A stretch of 20,000 bases of DNA. It comes from Trichoplax sp. H2. Lineage: Eukaryota. Positions 1-10,700 of the stretch are shown here, in pieces. The translations under genes were made by a program, and so were the position numbers. The DNA is taken from the NCBI GenBank assembly GCA_003344405.1, contig NOWV01000110.1:233684-253683 (forward strand). The letters are read 5' to 3'. The stretch's first letter is position 1; the number at the start of each line of letters is the position of its first letter. Below the pieces are notes generated by a model, which saw only the letters and a list, made by a program, of their open reading frames with translations, was not told the origin of the DNA and ran no database searches.

Positions 1-605
1 GCATAAGACATGACAATCGTTGCAGTAGGCATGACATATGAAATAAATGACCAATGCAATACATATACTGATTCATTAACGCCCATTTCTGGAAAATCAC
101 ATGTTGTAGGAAAATCTGGATACGAAGACACATACAATAACATTGGTGATGTTGCAGATATTGATATCAACCAAATGAGAATCTCAGTTGTAATCAGAAA
201 TCTTCGTTTGTGAATTCGGTAAAACGGCGAGAATGGTCTTACAACAATAAAATAGCGATCCACAGCGATCAATGCTAAATTCATCATGGAAACCGTGTAT
301 GATGTATATAAAATCGTTATACCAATACGACATAGATTGGAACCAGCGACGAAATCTAAATTACCAAAGGTTATCATAATAAACATGATCACGGCTGTAC
401 TTGCCGAAATAGTATCAGATATAACTGATATTCGAATCAAGCGATAGGTAGTCTTTTGGAATGTTTTGTCTGTAAAAAGCAATTTGAGTATAAGTATATT
501 TAATATTAATCCAGTTATGTGTGTCGGAATAAAAAATGCCGCAGCATAGCGATAAATTTGTCTAAAATTCGGTGGAAATAAGTTTGTCGAATTGAAGGTA
601 TTCAT
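1..605 (-). CDS. Rhodopsin-like (class A) 7TM GPCR, paralog 1; 3' end lies beyond the left window edge
   Basis: Manual translation from ATG at 605 is open to base 1: MNTFNSTNLFPPNFRQIYRYAAAFFIPTHITGLILNILILKLLFTDKTFQKTTYRLIRISVISDTISASTAVIMFIMITFGNLDFVAGSNLCRIGITILYTSYTVSMMNLALIAVDRYFIVVRPFSPFYRIHKRRFLITTEILIWLISISATSPMLLYVSSYPDFPTTCDFPEMGVNESVYVLHWSFISYVMPTATIVMSY. Shows TM1 GxxxN, TM2 D, TM3 Cys and DRY, TM4 W, ECL2 Cys and TM5 P. Colinear with the 319-aa ORF. Absent from the ORF track because its stop is outside the window. Confidence 0.93.
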   Translation of the reverse strand, partial: MNTFNSTNLFPPNFRQIYRYAAAFFIPTHITGLILNILILKLLFTDKTFQKTTYRLIRISVISDTISASTAVIMFIMITFGNLDFVAGSNLCRIGITILYTSYTVSMMNLALIAVDRYFIVVRPFSPFYRIHKRRFLITTEILIWLISISATSPMLLYVSSYPDFPTTCDFPEMGVNESVYVLHWSFISYVMPTATIVMSY

Positions 606-3600
606 TCTGTCAGTAACGTAAACGATGGATTGATAGATAGCTAGCTATATTTGATGACTAGATAATACCTAGTTTACAATTAAATTTTCGAATATGAAAT
701 TATAATATATTCAACGAATAGAGAAGAAAATTGCACTCAGCGCCTGAACTAATCTTAGAAAACGATGCTGGATAATTAAATACCAAGTGACTTAAACAGA
801 GAAATAGACTTCATACATTTACCTGAACAATCATAAACTAAGGAAATTTTAATAGAAATTCAATAGTTCTTATCAAATATTGTAATAAGTGTGTTTTATT
901 CAAAATTTATAGCTAATCAATGAAACAATTATTTCTATAATAAAATTAGACATTAAATGAAATTTTAAAACTACTCTATATTGCGGTCGAATTTTAATAG
1001 AAAAAAAACTGATATTTGTAATAGTTATCATAAAACTTGAAGATTGATGTTGTAAGTTAAGTTACCGTATGTAATCTATTATAGCCTTTGCTGGATTCCT
1101 GGGCTATTCCTTTCTCAAAATTACTTTCAGTTCCGGCATTCAAGACATGATGATATTATAATTTTCTGGGTAACTTATTAATTCTTATAGGGTTTTTGAA
1201 TTCTAATATTTATAAACTATGCTTTTCAATACGGTTTAGTCTATTCTTAGTAAAGTTATATTCTACACGGTGGAAATCTGTTTACACTTTAGTTTAATTA
1301 TAGTATATCGTAGAACTACCATAATATTAAAGTAAGATATTCTTATTAGTCACTCACGTATATAAAAAATTTCCTCTTTCTGTGCTTCTTACCTTATAAA
1401 AGCGATCTTTAAGCATCTATTTCGTTAGTGAATTTTGCCAGTTACACGCCAAACTTGTACACTTTATCTATTCTACTTTTCCTATCGCTATTTCGACTAG
1501 TAACGTCGTTATACATGCTGCTTCCTTCTCGCACTACTTGCAATAAAGACTGTTTTTGACTAATCTATTCTCCTGTCATTTCTTGCGATTGCTATAAACG
1601 TACAATCTTCCGAAATATTACAATAAACTAAAATGAATTAGCTGTTCTGAGAAGATTTTACTTCTTCCCCCAAATCCTAAGATCGAGTGAATATTTAGCT
1701 AACTAAAATTTTAATAATGCATTAAGCATAAATAAGACTCCATTAACTTTAGGGATACAAAGAACTATAGAGATTATAATAGCAACAATCAGTGCGGAAC
1801 ATCTAGGATAAATTCAACTGGAAGAGCCGTTCTTTTTAATTAATTATTAACTATTGAGAGAAAAATTTAAAACAAGTTATACTATGATAATACGTAACTT
1901 TAACAGATCACTTAGCAATAAAATCAAACTTAGAATAGGGATTTACGAGTAAATTATGGTAACCCATCATGAAAAGCAATAAACAATTGCTAAAATATTT
2001 CAAATTTTTATGAACAAAGTTTAATAAAAATTTTTCCGGGAACTTTCTGACAGTGATAATAATTGGAAAAATTTCACGTGCTGCTACTTCGACAGTATTC
2101 CTATTTTCATTGAAATATATAATCAATCTAAGATAAAATTGACATTTGAGCATGTAACATAGTAGTTATCATCGAATTTGTATTAATCGTTAAGGTAATT
2201 TTACTTAACTTTAAGAATTCCAATTTAGTATAACAAGACTTTCGGGATATACTAACCCGATAATTCACAATCAGCCATAAATCACACTTTATGTTCTAAG
2301 CCAAGACTTTTAGTCACATTTATATATCAATTAGCCTTAGCAACGGTTTCATTTGTTAAAATTATGAGAAAGAGAATTTTAATTGCATTTTTCATTCAGG
2401 AATAATTTTTTCAAATACTTTTCTGATAGATTGTCAAGCAGTCGACTGCGGTAAAAACTCAAATCAGCAAACGCATGCCATAAACTTCTGTGACTGTAAA
2501 GAATATTGCTCTAACAAGTTCTATGCATCCAATATTGATCAGTTAGCAATATTTTCAAAATAGATAAAGATGTAAAAAGAATCGAACAAGTTATGACTAG
2601 TAGGTGCAATGATTTTATGCATATTTTTTTGATCTATGATCACAAGTATTTTAGATCACATTTCTAATCATCACTTGTCATATTACTCAAAAACCCAAAT
2701 TTGTAAATCAACTCAATTCTCGCTCTAGAATATCTACTAGCTACTCTTCCATTTCACCTACGATCAAAAATATCTTTAAGTACGCATTTATGACGCATCT
2801 CAATAACAGTATAGTTCTGAGCGATAAAACTGAGAGTCATTTCATACGATTGAGAAAACCATAGCCAAAGTGATATCTCACTTGAAATTCACATTTTGTT
2901 TATACGACATCATTACATTTTCCATCTATTATAGCTCTTAATAATAGTCTTAATAGCATTGACTATTCTGATTGCACATTTTGATTAAAAAAATAGACTA
3001 ATAATTTACTGGCGATAACATCTTATGTGTAAGTACATTGAATGTAGATCTATTCTCTAAATCATCTACATGAGTTACAACTACTTTAGTAAACCGTAAA
3101 GAAACATATACCTTATTATAAGACAAAGTATTTGTGAGATACTTTTATTATAAAATCATATACACTGGAATGTTTAAAAATTACGCGCTTAGATGTTAAG
3201 ATGTACATTGGTAAAATTCGCAGGAGATGTCGATGTTTGCTTATATATTAACTGATAGACATCTCTACCAATAATTATCTTGTAATTTTGACTATGCTAT
3301 TCGGGTTCTGATTTAATATCTATTTAACTCAGTAAAGTTTAATTAGTTACAATTATAAACAATCACGACATGCTACAATAGCTATTGCTACTTTTGTATA
3401 TCTTATCTGAGCTATATTACTTCTACTATACAAAGCACGAGTAGAATTCTAAAAGTATACATGGAAGCCTTTTACAAAAACATTTTTGAACGCATTATTC
3501 CAACTTTTAAATCGTCAGCAGTCTGCAATATTAATGTACCCCTCAGTTAAACAAAATTTCTGATGCATAAAATCAATTTAATTATATAATTATTAGGAAG

Positions 3601-4169
3601 AGTTATCTTTTCATAGGTCCATTCTTATCCATTAGCATTTCTGCTATTCACGAATTTAATTATTAATAGCCTATTATACACGTACATTATTATTTCACAC
3701 AAGAAATTTTCAATTAATTAATGCATTGCTTTACAAGAACAATATTGAACATTGCAAAATTTGTTTTTCTACTTTCGGTAATTTGTTTACATATCACTTG
3801 TGGTAAATAGAAGAACAATTAATTTAATCGATTGTAACTTATTTTGAGTCTTCGTATTTCATCAGTACGGAAGGAGAGCTTTCTCGCGATGCTGTAGGCG
3901 TTGCAGAGAATGAAATGCTAAATTTAAGTTTTAGTTTTATAGCTTAAAATAAATAGCAAGGACTATAATTAATTTTGTTTACCATCTCCAATATTAAAAG
4001 GACATATAACGATTTATAACGTATTTCTGTAGAAAATCAGAATCTTATAACATAAGCGAACATTAAAATAGTTAAGATTAACTATTAATGATGTTATCAA
4101 TTAGAATCAATTCCGTACTATAGGTGTATATCACGAATTGATGGTAAAGAAATGGAAAAGTTAGATGTG

Positions 4170-5129
4170 TTATTTGCTACAATGGAATAATTTTGTTAAT
4201 GTTGATAGCATTCCGGCCCTAACCCGCTTATCAAACGTCATATAAATAATTGGGTTTATAACAGGTAAGGATGTCACGATAGCTATGGCAATATATGCCA
4301 ATATAAACGTAAAAACATTACCTACTGACATACTAATGACCGATCGCTGATATATTCCAGATACTGTACAATTTAGTGAATGCGGCAAAACTATTATTAC
4401 ATAGCATATCGTTATATAAATCATCAGTTTAATAAATTTCCGTCTATTTCTAAAGTCATTATCGAGCTCTTCTGATGTCCGAAAACCAGGTCGAACATAG
4501 TTCTTTTGAAGCAGTATAATTTTCGTATAAGAAAAGATAATGATTATAATAGGCATAGCATATACAATAAAGACCCAAAGTATCAGATAAATGGATTGAT
4601 CAAGGTCCATATGTGGAAAATCGCATGACGTAGGGACGCCAGGGATCGGAGCTAGATAAAGTGCGAAAGGAGATGTGACAGATATTGATACTAGCCAGAC
4701 AAAAAATTCAGTAACAATCAGAAATTTTGTTTTATGATTTCGATAAAATGGCGAGAATGGTCTTACGATAGCAAAATAGCGATCTACCGCAACCAATGCT
4801 AAGTTCATGATGGAAATTGCGATTGATGAAAACATTATAGTGGCTAAGATACGACAAAGATTGGAGCTGGTAATGTCATCTATATTGACAAAGATTGATA
4901 TTGTAAACAAGACCACAGTTGCAGTTGCCGATATAACATCCGATATTACTGGCATTCGAATCAAACGATAAGTAGGATTTTGGAAATTTTTGTCTGTAAA
5001 AAGTAGATGGAGTAAAGTTATGTTGAGTATTAATCCTATTGTATATAAAGGAAGGAAACCCAACCAAATATAGCGATAAATCTGTGCAAAAAGTAATCCA
5101 AATGAGTTCGTTCTATTGGAGATATCCAT
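4170..5129 (-). CDS. Rhodopsin-like (class A) 7TM GPCR, paralog 2; intact single-exon orphan receptor, 319 aa
   Basis: Seven hydrophobic segments. N-terminal sequon NRT, GLILN (TM1), SD (TM2), C...DRY (TM3), W...P (TM4), ECL2 Cys, P...Y (TM5), LP (TM6), NPIIY (TM7) and a basic helix 8. No introns in the CDS. Confidence 0.96.
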   Translation of the reverse strand: MDISNRTNSFGLLFAQIYRYIWLGFLPLYTIGLILNITLLHLLFTDKNFQNPTYRLIRMPVISDVISATATVVLFTISIFVNIDDITSSNLCRILATIMFSSIAISIMNLALVAVDRYFAIVRPFSPFYRNHKTKFLIVTEFFVWLVSISVTSPFALYLAPIPGVPTSCDFPHMDLDQSIYLILWVFIVYAMPIIIIIFSYTKIILLQKNYVRPGFRTSEELDNDFRNRRKFIKLMIYITICYVIIVLPHSLNCTVSGIYQRSVISMSVGNVFTFILAYIAIAIVTSLPVINPIIYMTFDKRVRAGMLSTLTKLFHCSK

Positions 5130-6096
5130 TCTTCTGGAATAGAAAACGATAGATTGATCGATAGTACTGTAATATTTGCGGACTCGATGATCTTAGGCTT
5201 GAAATTGAATATTAGAATAAAAAATTGGATTGTATCTGGTAAATAAACAAAAAAGTATTACCAACTTCAGGAGTTATCGCAACAAAATGATATAAAAAAT
5301 GGAAATAGTTACTACTATTATTTAATAGGCTGCAATAGGTATATATCTATTAACTTTCTCTACAAATCAATACCATAAATATTTCAGAACATTACTTGGA
5401 TTGCATTATGTGCAGATATTTATTACGCAACACTGCTTGTAATAAAAGAAAAGATAGATGTACATTATTAGTTGTCTTTTATGTTTATTCAAAGTAACTT
5501 ATTCATACATTAAGAGTCAATATGGCGGGTTGCCATTGGTTTACCGGATGAATAAAATAACTTAATATATATTATCAAATAGTCGTTAGAATTTATTGTT
5601 TCGTGTACTATCTCACGACTACATTAAATATAATGGTAATTACCGTAAATTTTCGAAATTATATACTTGTAGTAGATTCTAAGAATTTAAGTAACTCTAT
5701 TTGAAAGGATAATTTGATCGACAAAAAGGAATTCTTGAAGCTCGTTGTGGCAAATATCCAGGTGTTACTTTAGGTACGCCAAATATTACTCTTCCAAATA
5801 CTGGAAGTTAGGATTATTAGAAAATGCATATCTTGGCATCAAAGTAAATATCCAACTAATTAAACTTGTCAGATCTTTTGTAATAATAATTGCTATGATA
5901 ATAAACGCAACACTTATGTGCACTGTAGGTATGCCCATTGGTAGGTACTACAACTAAGTATTTACGTAAGTGATTAGACGAAAACTTCACGATTGAATTT
6001 AATTAATTTATTTATTAACTGATTCTATCAAACCAACTGTACAATATTCAACCAATGTATTTTAAAAGAAAATGGTAAATTTAAAATTATTACGGT

Positions 6097-6199
6097 CTAA
6101 GACATAGCACCTAGACTCAACCACCACCAAACATCAACGAAACTACATGAAATAATAGTTTGTCCTAAGACACAGCGCCTAGTCTCAACCACTACCAAA
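6097..6199. repeat. Two 35-bp imperfect direct repeats (6097-6131, 6165-6199) separated by 33 bp
   Basis: CTAAGACATAGCACCTAGACTCAACCACCACCAAA vs CTAAGACACAGCGCCTAGTCTCAACCACTACCAAA; 31/35 identical. Confidence 0.85.
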
Positions 6200-7202
6200 A
6201 ATTAAGATTTACTTATACACGTATAATAAAAGAATTTATGAGCTAAACTGCCATCAACTAGTTCAGTTTGCACAAAAAGGATAAATCGAGTAATATTTTT
6301 AACTACTACTTCTCTTTTTATAGTTTCTGCTTGAACTGCACCAAATGTAAATTATGGGTACGTCTCATAGCAATTAAGTAAAATAATATAATTGCTATAG
6401 AATGTAAGGATTTTCCCTTATAAATTCATTCATATTGTACAGTCCTAAAGTTCAGTCTGCGTTAATACTGACCATTGGGATAATGCTAACAAAATAATAT
6501 CTACCATCACAAACGATAAGGTATCGGGTATCGAAAATAAGATCTGTGAAATAAATCAATCCCTTTAATAAAATACTTATCCTCTCGAGCTGAAACCATA
6601 TCTAAAGATACCTAGAAGTAATTATATCTGACTGCTATCTTATAAAAAGAAATGTTATACTCTTCATTACAAATTTATTTCATATTGTTTGATACAGTAA
6701 GCCTTAAGTAAAAATACTATAGATCAAGAAGATATATTCAATATGGAATCAAGCGAATTTAAGTATCTTTACCTTTCAACCGACAAGTTGGAAATAAATG
6801 CTTTCGAAAATGGTGTATAGGAAATCAAGTTCAATATTGGAGGCCTTCAATGCAGCCATTTAAAACTGACTGACAGAATTTTTTAAATCAACTGAGATCA
6901 CGGAAAGTCTTTATTATTTGGACTACTGCAACTAGAAATAAAGCTTTGTCGATCAATTAAGTAACATGGCTGGTCTCATCCGGCCAATTAGCAGCCAAAG
7001 GGATAAAACTTTCTTTTATAAAGTTATGCCAACATTAATTACGTATAATGTCAATCAAGTGTAAATTTTTAATACTGTATTCACAGAAAATTTAATAAAA
7101 GGATTGACCGTAGACTATTTTGACTGCGTATTGATTGAATTGATGAATTTTTAGCCTTCTACACCAGGTGTATCTTATTCAGATCTACTTCCTCTACCAG
7201 AC

Positions 7203-7755
7203 TGTAATGTAACTTAGTATTGTGATTGTAGACTGTTAGCCATGTGCAGTATAATGTACGGTAGATATTTATCCTAAGAGATATCTACTAGCTATAACTA
7301 TAGACTATAGTGGTAGAGACTCTATGCTAGAGTACAGATGACTATATACAGTAAGCTGTTGAGTTACTAATAAGGTTATAGGTAAAAATAGAACTGTAAA
7401 TCATATATTAGGATATGGTTAATTCATTGTACTTTGGCTGGTGTGAATAATGTCTACGTAAGTACTGCAGTCGTATCCATATTGGATTAATGATGGTCCG
7501 CAGTAGAATAGTCATACTAAGAATAATTTAACTATGTGTAAAATAAGGTAAAAGGTTGCTATGCGGATTGTAGTTGCGAATGCTACGGAAAGTGTAAAAG
7601 CATACAACTTTAGATTATTCTCATAGTTCGTTCTAGAAGTCTTTAGTAGTAGTATTCGGCTAAAGTAGAGCTGTGTGTAGTTAATCTTTGGTATAAGATT
7701 GAATAAAGCCCTTATTTTTCTAAAATTTGGAATTTCGTGATTGGTATATATCACA
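7203..7755 (+). mobile_element. Solo LTR-like element, 553 bp
   Basis: Starts TGTAATGTA and ends TATATCACA (7/9 inverted match, TG...CA termini). Flanked by a perfect 5-bp direct repeat CAGAC (7198-7202, 7756-7760). AATAAA at 7702-7707, about 50 bp from the 3' end. No primer-binding site follows. Confidence 0.68.
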
Positions 7756-10700
7756 CAGACTTACCAGTAGCTTAATGGCCCTCACCTAAATTGGGACTAA
7801 CGAATTCAAGAATAAATCACTTATTAATTAATATTAAAGTACTCATACTTCAAATAGTAAATACTGTTTAGTATCGATGCTATTCTATTTTTGATCTATT
7901 AGTTCATTTATTTATCTAGTGCTAAGCTTTATGGAGGAGTAAAATGTGATATTTGCTAAATTTATCTATTTATAAAAATATTTTAGGCTTAGCTGTACGT
8001 GATATTTTACTAAATTTAAATTTTTAGACGATATTACTTTATCAGATTGAAATTATTTAAGTTATTCCAGCATTTACTCAATTTGTGATGTTAAATTGAT
8101 TTTGACACCTTAATTGAATTTAAATGCAATACTCGGTCTGTCCTTTATGTTTAATCCAATCACCTATTAAGTATTTCCTGGTGTCCAATGACGATATATA
8201 GCCAACAATACTTGCACAAATTGGAATAGTGTCTTATTAAACATACGTGTACTCTTTGATAATACAATATCGGCATTGAATTGAGAATCTATAGTCAGTC
8301 TTCGAAACCCTGAGTATGAAATAGTATTAGAAGATCCTTTTATTGCGTTGTAAGAATAAATTTTTTAGTCTATGCTCCATTTTGTCTAAAGATTTACTTA
8401 ATTCAGCTTTGAAATTTCTATCGATAGCTATGCGCAATATAACATTTGAAGCCGGTTAAAAATTTTACGTTCTAAAGAAAAGAAATGAAGAATGCTTTGC
8501 CGGTTCCGTGGCATCAGATCTTCTATTTAGGAAATCAGGTGTGAACCAATATTATTAGGGTATTAGTGGGTGTAATCATACAGTTCTGATATACTAATCC
8601 TTTCAATTTTATTTTACCTTTCCATTCACCTATATAAATTCAAGATGTTCAATAGTAAAATCACCACATCAATTAATATTGATGGAACAAGTTAAATATA
8701 TTAAAATAATACTTGAACAGGAATTTATCAGTCCTTACAAGGTAACAAGTATAATTTAAGTTTATTCTAGCACAGATACTATAATAAATATTTTGTTTGA
8801 AACCAAATAAAGTATACTTTAATCACGCCTTCTGATTTCATTTTCTCATATATTGATCCGTAAATTTTAATATAGCGCAAAACTCGACAGTTTATCGTTT
8901 GCATGAGAAATCACAAACCTTTATTGATAGCAAGAAAGAAGGTAACAATTTCATTTCTTTTCAATTTTGCGTTAAATAGCGGTCAATGGAAGTTGTAAAA
9001 TCAGCCATAATGTATTAAATTATTAATTTTAATTTATAAGCAACTCACAATATCCACATGTATTTTATTTCATCTAGTGGATAAATGTAGAAAAATCATG
9101 ATCAATTATTGAACTAAAATAATTTATTAACGAATGAGGATTGCTATAACCAAATCACAATTTTGAAACCTTTCTACTTGTTAGCAGTTTTAAATAACAG
9201 CTTTTGTGATGTTAAAATTCATGGAACGAATTTCTATTTATTAAATCAGCGGCAACAAGTACAGCTGGAAAGGTAGACACTAAAGCCACGTAGAAGACAA
9301 GGTAATTTACTGCAGATACTAAAGAAATTACCGGTACATGGTCTGTAGTTTATTTCTTATCGCCTCTTATTTGTATATATCGTAATGACTTTCTTCAAGT
9401 AAATGTCAGTTTTCTAATTTTGTCTTCGAATCAGCCAGTGAATACGACGACTGCATGTTTTCGATAACATCCTCTAAAGTATAAGATATTTACATTAATA
9501 GAACTTAATATCTAAGTTGAAATCTTTAGTCTATTAAAGTAGACAGCTATCGATGATCATTAGAATTGGCGAAGTAGCTATAATCGGTCAGACATTCATG
9601 CCCGAAATGCGTTTCATAGCAGGGCTTCCTATTATGAATTCATAGTTGCATGAAGTAAGTTTTTATTAATAAGGGGTGTTGTTTGTTAGCTATCTCGTTT
9701 ACCTTTGCATAAATTAATCTTTAGTTGTCGGTTGTTCATTAAAGCAATTTGATTTTGTTTTAGCTTGTCATGGTGTTATAATTTAGTACTGGATGTTGTA
9801 TCTTATTACGATTAATCGGCATTGCAACAAGTACGTATACGTATATCACAGTATTATTATATCGTTATTAGGTGCTCCAAGAGAACTAGCTCTAGTCAGG
9901 TGAGTTACTAATTTATAACCAACCGGTAGCTCAGAAAGCTACTTACTTATTACTAGGCACTGCATATCATATAGCAGTTCTTAAATATTGATCTTGGAGA
10001 ACGTTAGTGGTTTATGCTTATCTCCTACGAGTACATCGCTAAGAGCATACCAATTTGGATAAAAGTGAATAAATTAGTTTAAAAGAAACTAGTACAAACT
10101 CACGTCGCTTTGCTGACGGTTTGTACTTATTTGCTAATAATTAACAGATAGTATTACCATTCGACATTATATATATATCCCGGTAATAGCCAGGCACTAC
10201 TATATTCACAGCTATGCTTGTAGAATACTACTTTTCAATTATGCATTGACAGATGAAATGCTATGTTAAGATTAGTTCATGGTCCAAAGCACATTATGAT
10301 ATCTAATGTACGGTGATGGGCACACCAAGTTAAGATTAGCAGGTACTGTAAGATATCGACCGTGCGGTACAATGTCCTTAGTACTGTGGTCAATTCTATA
10401 CCAATCATGATAATGTGTCTAAGGATAGCTTGAGTATGCAAGCAAAGCTTGCTCTGTCGATAGCAACCGTTATAAGAAAATGTAAAAATCAAAATGGCTG
10501 TGTAGAAAACTATAAAGATTCTATGTTTATTCAATTTTCTTCAGAATATTACATCAAATCGAAATTGAAAGGCCCAGTGGCCACCTTAGCGATATAAAGA
10601 ATACTATTTTAATAATCAGTACTCTACCGAAATGACTACCTTAAAGCTATTTGTTTTCCATGAAGAAATCTTAAGGTAAAAAACTGTAAGAATCTTATAC

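Noticed and set aside
10..213. 67-aa + strand ORF
   Set aside because: Antisense shadow of GPCR paralog 1.
4876..5067. 63-aa minus-strand ORF
   Set aside because: Alternative frame inside the intact GPCR with no recognisable features.
6097..6199. CRISPR-like spacing (35-bp repeat, 33-bp spacer)
   Set aside because: Only two imperfect non-palindromic copies, no cas genes, and eukaryotic context.
6367..6398. 10-bp inverted repeat ATAGCAATTA/TAATTGCTAT; also a small hairpin at 11941-11955
   Set aside because: Short, AT-rich and without supporting context; plausibly chance.
8100..8700. Stop-poor minus-strand stretches resembling decayed coding sequence
   Set aside because: Broken by stops and frameshifts; no family recognisable by eye.
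7221..9850. Possible 2.6-kb LTR element TGTGAT...ATCACA flanked by GTAT
   Set aside because: The two ends show no LTR-length similarity, there is no primer-binding site or gag/pol, and the 5-bp-TSD model at 7203-7755 fits better.
1908..10597. Short ORFs 1908..2153, 5745..5957, 7512..7754, 10277..10534 and 10415..10597
   Set aside because: Short, no recognisable motifs, several rely on non-ATG starts, and 7512..7754 lies inside the solo-LTR candidate. Consistent with chance ORFs.
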